Source of the DNA: Neophaeotheca triangularis
Taxonomy: Eukaryota
Direction of reading: 5' to 3'
DNA: 48,838 nt
Assembly: GCA_054600435.1 (NCBI GenBank)
Contig: BAAIJX010000014.1
Location: forward strand, 434,001-482,838
The notes under the pieces were generated by a model. It was given only the letters and a program-made list of their open reading frames with translations. It was not told the origin of the DNA and searched no databases. Position 1 is the stretch's first letter. Each line of letters starts with the position of its first letter. Below, in pieces: positions 1-9,226 of this stretch. A program made the translations under genes and the position numbers.

Positions 1-1301
1 AAAGGCGCCGGTCTGACAATCTTGCGGAATGGCATTGGCTCGACACCGAACCAGGAGGAGGACTACATGAAGTCCATTGCGCCAACCGCTCCAGCGTCGA
101 ATGATAGTGAGGTATGTGCGCTTTTCACAGGTATAATCGCAAAGGGCCACACCTAACCTTTTCCAAGCTCAATTTCATCCCTTTCCCTCGAGACGACCAG
201 TATCAGGTTTGGCTCTCGAAGGAAGCTAAGGCCCGAGGCGTCAACAAGTTCTACGCTAATGCATGGAGTGCTGATGGTTACATGAGTAAGTGCGCTCTTC
301 CACCCCCCTCGAGACATTTCAGTTGACCGACAACTCGTGCAGAAACGAACGGGACCGATTTCTGGGGCGGGTATCTCTGCGGCGTTTGGAATGCTTCCTG
401 CGAGAGCGGCGACTGGCGACAAGCCTACGCCGACAAGCTCGTGAGATATGTCCAAATGTACGAAGAGGAAGGTATCCACATTGACTATCTCGGTCCGTGG
501 AACGAGCCCGATCTCGCGACCTCGTATGCCTCGATGCTGTCCAACGGCAGGCAAGCGGCAGATTTCATTAGAGTGCTCCACCCCACACTCCAGGCGGCAG
601 GCCTAACGACCGAGATCGCCTGCTGCGAAGGCACAGGCTGGGAGCCAAACCGGGAAATCCTCGAGGAAATCGAAGAGTACGGGCAAAGCGACAATCTCGG
701 TCTCGTCACCAGCCACGGCTACACCTCATACCCGTCCTTTCCCTTCGACACGCCCCATCCTGTTTGGCAGAGCGAGTGGAGCACTTTCGACGACATCAAC
801 TACAACTGGTACACGCCGGGCGGCAACATCAGCGACGGCATAACCTGGGCGAACAATATCCGCAACACCTTTGCCGACGCCAACGTCAACGCTTTCTTGT
901 TCTGGTGGGGCGCGGCAGAGAAGACGGACACCAATGAGTTCCTCATCTGGATCAACGGAACTGAAGTCTACCGCCCTACTAAGCGATTATGGGCCATGGC
1001 GCATTTTGGGAAACGCTTTGTGCGCCAGGGAGCGTACCGTATCGATGCCGAGAGTAACATGTCTTCGCTCAATGCAACTGCTTTTGCGAATACGGATGGA
1101 TCCGTGGCTGTGCAGGTTATTAACAACAGTAACGATACTGAGACTGTAGTGTTGGAGCTGCCATTCGAGGGACGCCGCGTGCAGACGTTTTTGACGAACG
1201 AGGAGGTGGATCTGAAGGAGGGTGTTGCGTGTAGCGGCAAGAATGCAGCGGTAGCAGATGTGCCGGCGCAGTCCTTGATGAGCTTTTATGTATGCGGTTG
1301 A
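1..1301 (+). CDS. Glycoside hydrolase family 30 (GH30_7-like xylanase/glucuronoxylanase), 5' end outside the window; exons <1-111, 168-285, 343-1301
   Basis: Introns 112-167 (GTATGT..CCTAAC..AAG) and 286-342 (GTAAGT..TTGAC..CAG) join in frame to give GAGLTILRNGIGS...AWSADGYMKTNG..GGYLCGV...SGDWRQAYADKLVRY...WNEPD (acid/base)...SHGY...VWQSEW (nucleophile), followed by a C-terminal beta-sandwich (AFANTDGSVAVQVIN). These are typical fungal GH30 motifs. Confidence 0.9.
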
Positions 1302-2347
1302 GGGAGGTGGGGTGAGGTGAGTTGGCGGAAGTGAAGGTCGGCGGAAGGTATTGTCAAGGCGTAAGCGATGGCAGTGACGGCTTGCAAAGTTCCCTTTCTC
1401 ATTTGGTGAAAGGGCGTCTGAGCCGATGGCGGCCTCAGGGTGTCAAAATGTGTGTACCCCTGGACAGATACAACAGCATAGCTGTATCCAGCAAGCTGGA
1501 TTCTCACCAACACACGGCCCAGGCCAATGTATCATGACCAATCCAAAGCAGTGTGCCGCAGATACAAGCAAAAGCTGAAGATCCGGAGCTGATGGGTACA
1601 GGTGAATGATCAACGTGTGCTTTAGGGGATTTGGCCATCACGAGGGGGAAACGTCACATGATGCCAACCAAAGTCCTGAAGAGGCACTATTCGTCTTGTG
1701 GGAGACTGATGTACGTTGCGGTCATCTTTTGAACGACGATTGGCCGCTTTGCACCTAATCAGTTTGGTCAAAGGGGTCACAAGCGCTGGTCAGGTTTATC
1801 TCGAATCTTCGGAGTCGTACCCGTTGCATAGATGCCAGTCTTTGTATGTTGCAGGCCTAGCAAAAGGAAGGAGATGGGAATCTAATCCTGAGGTTGCTGC
1901 TCCTGGCTGGAGTTTCAGATCGGAATTCTAGTCAACTTTGGAGCAATAGCAATATACGGCTCCAAGCAGTCTAGCAAATCAATATGGTCCCCCCGAGATG
2001 TTGTTTTGATTGTACCCAATTGCCTCATGGACTTTTACACTCGTCCGTCATGAGGGTTCCACGAGTGCTGGAATTGTCCAGACATGGGAATGAGCAAGGG
2101 CCTTTCGTAGAATGGGACAGTCGAATTTCAACCAAGTGATCGTAGTCTTGAATCTTTGGGGAGGGCATCGAGTGGATTCCCGAGGTGGGGGACTCTCAAT
2201 GTGAGTTAAGAGCATACAAGAGCATAGAAACCGTCTCCAAAAGAAAGAAGAAAGAAGAAAAAGGAAGCAGGGGCGAATGTTGGACTGGTCACCGAACTCG
2301 GTTGGACATGCCTGAGGGAAGCTTTGCACAGTTCCGTAGGTCGGGCG

Positions 2348-2363
2348 AAAAAACAGCAAAAAA
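2348..2363 (-). terminator. Pol III oligo-T terminator(s) of the tRNA-Leu gene
   Basis: T6 runs on the minus strand at 2363-2358 and 2353-2348, starting about 20 nt downstream of the discriminator base. Confidence 0.7.
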
Positions 2364-2425
2364 GAAAGAATCGCTCATGATGTTGATGAGAGTGGGATTC
2401 GAACCCACGCCCTTTCGGACCAGCG

Positions 2426-2444
2426 AACTTCAGATGTGTGAACA
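2426..2444 (-). other. Canonical 19-nt tRNA intron at position 37/38
   Basis: TGTTCACACATCTGAAGTT lies one base 3' of the anticodon AAG; it has no spliceosomal signals, and removal gives a 7-nt anticodon loop. Confidence 0.85.
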
Positions 2445-2455
2445 CCTTAAGCTGG

Positions 2456-2514
2456 CTATTGAGGTTGTTAGATTTGTTTGGGAGAGCAGAGTCGTGTTGT
2501 TGGTGTGTACTAAC
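2456..2514 (-). other. 59-nt GT-AG spliceosomal-type intron within tRNA-Leu, between positions 26 and 27
   Basis: Minus strand GTTAGT...TCTAAC(2472-2467)AACCTCAATAG; removal restores the AAGGCG|CCAGC junction between the D arm and the anticodon stem. Confidence 0.85.
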
Positions 2515-2532
2515 CGCCTTAGACCGCTCGGC

Positions 2533-2585
2533 CTGTGGGATGTTAGCGGTTTGAACCGATGTGGATGGGAAATCGAGTCACGTGC
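2533..2585 (-). other. 53-nt GC-AG spliceosomal-type intron within tRNA-Leu, between positions 9 and 10
   Basis: Minus strand GCACGT...GCTAAC(2547-2542)ATCCCACAG; removal restores TG|GCCGAGCGG (A box/D stem). Confidence 0.8.
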
Positions 2586-2625
2586 CATCTCACCCATGTT
2601 GGATGTCGTTAGAGTGGTATCTTTG

Positions 2626-2633
2626 CATATATT
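2626..2633 (-). promoter_or_regulatory. TATA-like element about 32-39 nt upstream of tRNA-Leu
   Basis: Minus strand AATATATG, near the position where TFIIIB/TBP binds upstream of fungal tRNA genes. Confidence 0.35.
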
Positions 2634-4091
2634 CCTTTGTGATAGAGGCTGTGCGGCTGGCTCGGTCATCCAAGGGCGGCTGAAAAATCCGGCGTTGAAT
2701 TTTCTCAGCTTGCCCCGCAGACTGTGGGCTCGAGAAAGTGATCCGTGCGACTAACTCCGTTCTGCTACGAGTCTGACACCGTGGGTTGCTACTGGTTCAC
2801 TCCAGACTCCGAGAAATAATGTCCCCAGGCCCCTAGGTGCCCCTGGGGTTACGAGCGAGATAGTTCCGGGCAGTTGAGAAGAGTACCCGGGGTTGTTCAC
2901 GAGGGTTTGTGTTGAACGTATAAATGTCCATGTTGACTCTATTGCCATGCTCAAGAGCAAATTTACAGCATTGCGAAACCAAAATGAGTCCCCAAGGCTA
3001 AAGAGTCGAGCGGGAGAACGTTAGATTCTCGATAAAGGGGGTAGACAGTAGGCCTGAGTAAAGAAGTGCAGACCAGAGCAGACCAGAGCAGTCTCGTCGA
3101 AGATGACATCGAAGAGCGTAACCAGACTCAGAATGCCATGTTGTAGAGCCTGATGCTACAAGTACGCAAGTATTATTCAAACCGATTCTCAGAAGTTGGT
3201 CGATCTTCTCGAGTCTTCGATCGTCGGACAATGGGCCCCCGATTATCTATAGCTCGAGGACAGACCAAGTCGTTCTGACCTTAATCTCAAGAAAAGGGGT
3301 CGTTCGTCACGGAAGACGGTCGGCCAGGTAGCTGAACGCTGTGATACTCGAACTGTCTCGCGCGTAGGTGAGGACGAGTGACAACACCACGAGCTCTCGC
3401 ACCACCTCTACAATTATAGCAAAGCAAAGCATGAGCATAGACGAGCGCGCTGCGAGTGGCGGCATTGGATTTTGCCGGTATAGGGCTGAGATAGATTGAG
3501 ACAACCTTATTAGTCTTGTCACTTGTGTGGCGTTTTTGGGCGGCAAGCGGCGGTGCGGCGGTAGCTCCTAGCTTTGAAAGGACCATGACATGTGGAAACT
3601 CTGTCATGGTTGTGGTGAGAAACAAGCAAGTTGTAGAGTGGTGAATGATAGCGTTAGTAGCCAGCAGTCACACTGAAGTCATCCTGATTATATGTTGAAA
3701 AAGAGTTGAGAGAGCACGCCGCGCAAAAGCACCCCGTGCACAGCGCAATACCATCATCATCTCCGGTCGTCGTCGATAGCCGGATCCACCAGAGAGACTC
3801 GGGTAGCAGCGCCATTCGATACACTACTTAGTACTACTAGTAGTAGTTACTTACCACTCGCCTATCGTCGTTGCTTGGTTGAAGAATCCGGCCCATGTGT
3901 CAGGCCCAAAGAGTGGATACTTCTTGTTAAAGCTTTGCTAGCCCGCGACTGTTTGACCCGCCGCACTACGTAGGTACGTAGGTACGCAGACTGCGCAGCT
4001 GCACGGGGCACCACCATTCGAGTCGTGACAACTTTTTGCGGCCAACAAACGGCCAACTTTACGACTTTACTCCTCCGACCTCCCACGACCT

Positions 4092-4120
4092 CTCCTCCTC
4101 CTCCTCCTCCTCCTCCTCCT
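4092..4120 (+). repeat. (CCT)n microsatellite in the GUT2 5' region
   Basis: About 9-10 tandem CCT/TCC units just upstream of the ATG at 4140. Confidence 0.85.
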
Positions 4121-4139
4121 TCCCCCAAAACGACAAATC

Positions 4140-6393
4140 ATGGCGGCAGGACGAACGAGTTCCCGCATCCTCAAGGGCCTGGGGTACGCCTCTGTCGCCG
4201 GTGCCGCCGGCGGTGTTGGCCTCTACTTCATTTATAGGCCCCGTGAAATTCCCGGCTCCGAATCCGCCTTTGCGCCTCCTCCCACCTACGGCGAGGGCGG
4301 TGTCTTCAATCCGCCCAAGTTCCCCGCCGTCAAGAGCCGCGAAGACTCCATCGGCGAGCTCAAGGCGAGCGCCGGTGTCATTACCGATGCCTTCAAAAAG
4401 GCCAAGAGCAAGGTCGTGGGCGCCGTGACTGGCGACGAACCCCAGGAGGGCAAGGAAGACCCATACGATCTTCTCGTTATTGGAGGTGGTGCTACTGGTA
4501 CGGGTGTCGCTCTTGATGCTGCCACTCGTGGTCTCAAGGTCGCTCTCGTTGAGCGGGACGACTTCGCCTCCGGTACATCTAGCAAAAGCACGAAATTGGT
4601 TCACGGTGGTGTCCGATACCTCGAAAAGGCGGTCTTCGAACTCGACTACTCTCAATACGCTCTCGTCAAGGAGGCTCTCCGTGAGCGCCGCTACTTCCTC
4701 GACACCGCCCCTCATCTCTCGTCATGGCTCCCGATTATGATCCCGGTCAACAAGTGGTGGCAAGCCCCCTACTTCTGGGCCGGAACCAAGTTCTACGACT
4801 TGCTTGCTGGCTCCGAGAACATCGAAACGTCCTACTTCTTGACCAAGAGCAAGGCCCTCGACGCTTTCCCTATGCTCAAGAAGGACAACCTCTGGGGTGC
4901 CCTCGTCTACTACGACGGTGCGCACAACGACTCTCGCATGAACATTTCTCTCGCAATGACTGCTGCTCTCTACGGCTCGACTCTGGTTAACCACATGGAA
5001 GTCACTGGCCTCGAGAAGGATGCCAATGGCAAGCTCTGCGGTGCCAAGCTCAAGGACATGACCCACGAATATGACGGCAAAGCCCCCGAGGAATTCAGCG
5101 TCAAGGCCAAGGGTATCGTCAACGCTACTGGACCATTCTGTGACGCCATCCGCAAGATGGATGACCAATCCATCCCGGAGATGGTCGCTCCCAGCTCTGG
5201 TGTTCACGTTGTTCTCCCTGGTTACTACTCCCCCGCTGAAATGGGTTTGATCGACCCCAAGACTTCCGACGGCCGTGTCATGTTCTTCCTTCCCTGGCAA
5301 GGCAACACCATCGCCGGTACCACCGACGCCGCCTGCCCCATTAGCAAGAACCCCGTCGCCGGCGAGGAGGAAATCGACTGGATCATCTCCGAGGTGCAAA
5401 ACTACCTGCAGCCCGAAATCAACATCCGCCGTGGTGACGTGCTCGCAGCCTGGTCTGGCATCCGTCCTCTGGTTAGCGACCCGAAGAAAGGAAAGTCCGA
5501 AGGTCTCGTCCGCAACCACATCGTAACCACCTCTCCATCCGGCCTCCTCACCATTTCCGGCGGCAAATGGACCACCTACCGGCAAATGGCCGAAGAAACC
5601 GTCGATGAGGCCATCAAGGAGTTCAAGCTCCAAACCCGCCCAGTCACCAATCCCCCTCTCGTCAGCGGCGTCGAGGGCTTCCGCGAGAACGTCGACCTTG
5701 ACGGCTCCTGCAAGACCCACGAAGTCAGGCTGATCGGTGCCCACGGTTTCAGCAAGACTCTCTTCATCAATCTGATTCAGCACTACGGCGTCGAGACGGA
5801 CGTCGCCAAGCACCTGTGTGAATCCTACGGCGACCGCGCCTGGTCCGTCGCCGCCCTTTGCGCGCCCACCGATCAGCGCTTCCCCGTCCGAGGCACACGC
5901 ATCTCCCCGCTCTACCCCTACGTCGATGGCGAGATCCGCTACGCCGTGCGCCACGAGTACGCGCAGAGCGCTGTCGACGTCCTGGCCCGTCGCACGCGTC
6001 TGTCTTTCCTCAACGCTCACGCCTCGCTCGAGGCTCTGCCGCAAGTCATCGACGTCATGGGCGAGGAGCTTAAGTGGAACCAGACCCGCAAGGAGCGCGA
6101 GTGGAGCAACGGCGTGCAATTCCTTGGTTCCATGGGATTGCCCAAAGGCAAGCTCGGGCTCAAGAGGGCTGACGTCGAGGCCGGCCGCACGGGCAAGTTC
6201 GATCAGTACAACCTTTACGCTCGTGATGGTAAGTTGCACACATTATTCCAAATTTTCGATTTCACAATAATGTGATCGCTAACCTCAGCTTTCCCTCTTG
6301 ACAGACAAGCCAGAAGAGCCCCTCGAAACAGACTCAAAGTTCCAGAGCGGGCACAACCCGACCATCGGCGTTGACTCTCCTGTCAACAAGTAG
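4140..6393 (+). CDS. GUT2: Mitochondrial FAD-dependent glycerol-3-phosphate dehydrogenase; exons 4140-6228, 6305-6393
   Basis: DLLVIGGGATGTGVALDAATRGL (FAD-binding), GTSSKSTKLVHGGVRYL, ISGGKWTTYRQMAE, DVLARRTRL. Intron 6229-6304 (GTAAGT..GCTAAC..ACAG) yields the C-terminus DKPEEPLETDSKFQSGHNPTIGVDSPVNK*. Confidence 0.96.
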
Positions 6394-7310
6394 ATTCCAA
6401 TCTCTCTTACCTTGAAATGACGAATTAGAGGGAACGGAACCAGGAAAAAACGACAGGATACCGAGCACCCGGATTGAACATTCCCCCCAAAAAAAAAAAA
6501 TCCTCGAGGGAAGAGAAAGGAATAGGAGAGGGAGAAAGAAAAAGAGAAAGAGACTTTCGTGCCCCTGCGCAGTCGAAAGGACCGGTGCAAGCGCGTTGGT
6601 TGTACATAGACATTCCCAAGGCCGTGCAGGTATAGTCGCTGGGACAATCGAAGAAGGGGGCAGGGAATTGGCGTTATTCTTCCTCCCGAAACGCCGGAGC
6701 GAAGAGCCTCTGGCACGGCGATTGGCTTGAGAGGTTCTTATCAGTGTATATTCCTTTTTGTGTACATTATTCCGTTTTCTACTTTGCTTTTGTTTTATGT
6801 ACGTTTGGTTTTGTCTGTCCCGTTGCGAAGCGTTCGTTACTATGTTCGTAGGGGGTGTCCAGTGTTCGTGTTGGACTTGCGCTGCTTGGTGAGCAACCCT
6901 CACTACTACCTAAAGCTAAGGCGATTTAGGGTTCGGGTTTGAGTTGTTGTTTGGAACGATGTGACCGTCGACTATTCGAAATGACATCTTGAGAAGGCTT
7001 TGGCGGGGCGGTCGATGTAGTGTCAGTTGCTGCGTGCGAAAGGAGTGCTGTTTAGAGTGCTCTTCATTGCCATCATGGTGCCAAAAGTCTTTAACGCAAA
7101 GCTTCATCAAAGCAGCAGTAGCTGGTACGTCGAAGCGCAATTGAACATTGTCTTTCACGAAGCGATGATGACCAATGGAGACATGCGCACTTCAAACGAT
7201 AGCTCCGGGCCAACATTGTCTCATTAAGAAGCTCTATCAGGGGTATCATGCAAAACAAGCAACGGAAAAACCACCAGCAACGGACCAGCCCAACAGCCCA
7301 TACAGCACAC

Positions 7311-8834
7311 TCAGTCGTACTCATCATAGCCGTCGTACGCCCCCGTGTCCCTTTGCGTGGAACACCACTCTTCCGTCGCAAGTTTCTTCTCCTTCGCCTT
7401 CGCCAAGTCTCTCGAGTCCTTGTGAAAGTCGCAAGCCCATTGACACACAGGCACCGCCGTCTCGCCGAAGTACTCTGCTATCAACTTGTGCCGACACGTC
7501 TTGACGTTCTCGCAATAGGCGATCAGTGCTTGCAAACTTTTCACCCTCCCGATCATGGCAGCATGAGAATTGGGCGCCTGCTTTGTCGTGGAGTGCTGGG
7601 CCTTAGCCTGTTCCCGTTGCATGGTGTAGGCTGCTCTATCTCGGTCCTCGCGGGAGTAATACAGCATGCAGATGCCAGCCTTGCCGTCACGGCCTGCACG
7701 ACCTGCTTCTTGGTAGAACCCTTCGAAGGACTTGGGAATTTGCCAGTGGACGACGAATCGGACGTTCTCTTTGTCGATGCCCATTCCAAAAGCGGTAGTC
7801 GCAACGATTACGTCGTAGCCTTCCTTGTTCGCGACCCAGCCGTGAAGGTGGTCGTCCTTCTGCTCGTTGGTGAGGCCAGCATGATACGGCTTCGCGCCGA
7901 TCCCGTCAGCCTGTAGGCGGGCCGCGAGTGCTTCCGTGTCTTTACGATAGAGAGTGTAGATGATTCCGGGAATGCTGTCAGCACGCTCGGAACGCTGCGT
8001 GAGTTCTTGCAGTCGTGCCGGATTACTCTTCCGCCTAGCATGAGCGGCTTTTAGCCATGCCAAAAAGTCGTCGTAGTGGTCTTCCTCATCGGACTTGAAG
8101 CGCACTTCGTAGTGAAGATTAGGTCGGCTCGTGGACATGGTGAAACACCGCGGATTCTCCAGACCGAGGATGCCCATGACATCTTCTCGTACTCGACTGG
8201 TTGCGGTGGCAGTACAGCACATGAGCGGAACGTCAGGGAACTCTCGCTTGAAGAACGACAGCTCTTTGAAACTCGGCCTGAAATCGTGGCCCCATTCACT
8301 AATACAGTGAGCTTCGTCGACGGCAATTCGAGCCAGCTCCTTCTGCTCATGAACCACTCTCAGACATTTGCGAAAGTAGTCAAGCTGGCAGTACTCCGGG
8401 GTGACATACAGCAGCCTGGTCCGCGGGTGGCCACTTTTGAGGTCGTCCAGGATAGCTTGCTTCACTGCGTAGAGAGTGGTGCTGTTGATCGTAGCCACGT
8501 TGAGGTTTGCCGCCCGCAAAGCGGCGATTTGGTTGTTCATGAGCGCCAGCAGCGGTGACACCACGATCGTGATACCATAATCGACGACGGCCGGGAGCTG
8601 AAAGCAAATGCTTTTGCCGAAACCGGTGGCGGCTTGAAGGAAAACATCGTTGCCGGACAGTGACGCTTCAATGACATCTCTTTGAGGTTGCCTGTTCGAA
8701 GTAAGTTAGTCCTTGGAAGAAGTGAATGGTGCTTTGCTGGCATGTTACCTGAATGATGGCTTCCCGAAAACTCTTCGAAGGGTAAAGTCGATGTCAACAG
8801 CTTCACCGAGCTTTTTTGTGACTTTGCCTGGCAT
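7311..8834 (-). CDS. Short RecQ-family ATP-dependent DNA helicase (~488 aa); exons 8834-8749, 8691-7311
   Basis: Intron 8748-8692 (GTAACA..ACTAAC..CAG). Motifs: VFGKPSFRQPQRDVI (motif 0), AATGFGKSICFQLP (Walker A), VDEAHCISEWGHDFRP, TATA, ATTAFGMGIDKENVRFVVH, QEAGRAGRDG, and Zn-binding CRH...CQWACDFH. Confidence 0.95.
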
Positions 8835-9226
8835 CGCAGAAATGGCGCAGCGAAAGCACTGCTGCTGTTCGTCTCCGTCGTGGTAGTGAACAACAAGAAG
8901 CGTTGCTAAAGTCTCAAAGAAAGCGGTTGTTGTGCTATGAAAAGGCTGCACGCAAGCTTAGAACAGTTATTGCAAGCAACGAGCACAATAGGCAGTTCCC
9001 AGTATATTCATTGAAGCGAATTCATTGAAGCGACGGGAACACGGGAAACATTCGTGCCCACCAGTGAAGGGAGGGCCAAAGCAGGTTCAGGTGATTAGGA
9101 AGTAGAAGGCACGGCTCGACACTCCGCCTAGAACACGAACGAAGCGCGTATCACGTGTTGCGACCCCAAGTATGTACACGATGATATGACATTATACTAT
9201 ACACAAGTCACAGTTAGGTAGATACA

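Larger units (their letters stand above)
2384..2594 (-). tRNA. tRNA-Leu (anticodon AAG) in four exons: 2594-2586, 2532-2515, 2455-2445, 2425-2384
   Basis: Joined exons read GGTGAGA TG GCCGAGCGGTCTAAGGC G CCAGC TTAAGGC GCTGG TCCGAAAGGGC GTGGG TTCGAAT CCCAC TCTCATC A (80 nt). This gives a 7-bp acceptor stem (one G-U), a D arm with GG, a 5-bp anticodon stem CCAGC/GCTGG, anticodon AAG at 2448-2446, a type-II variable hairpin CC-GAAA-GG, a perfect T arm and discriminator A. Confidence 0.93.

Noticed and set aside
1870..1925. GGGAATCTAATCC resembling a reverse-complement tRNA T arm
   Set aside because: Mismatches the TTCRA core, and no cloverleaf can be built.
2456..2585. Idea that the two insertions are introns of an overlapping protein-coding mRNA or archaeal-type BHB introns
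   Set aside because: The flanking exons are entirely tRNA sequence with no credible ORF. I saw no bulge-helix-bulge at the junctions, whereas donor, branch and acceptor signals are all present.
2185..2754. 189-aa plus-strand ORF (contains MRVGFEPTPFRT) and overlapping minus-strand ORFs
   Set aside because: These are translations of the tRNA gene or its antisense; VGFEPT is the typical reverse-complement T-arm artefact.
4722..6239. 505-aa antisense ORF over GUT2
   Set aside because: Shadow ORF caused by strong codon bias of the sense gene; no domain features.
6893..6942. Telomere-like AACCCT / TTTAGGGTTCGGG
   Set aside because: Only one or two degenerate units in a 3'-UTR region; not an interstitial telomeric array.
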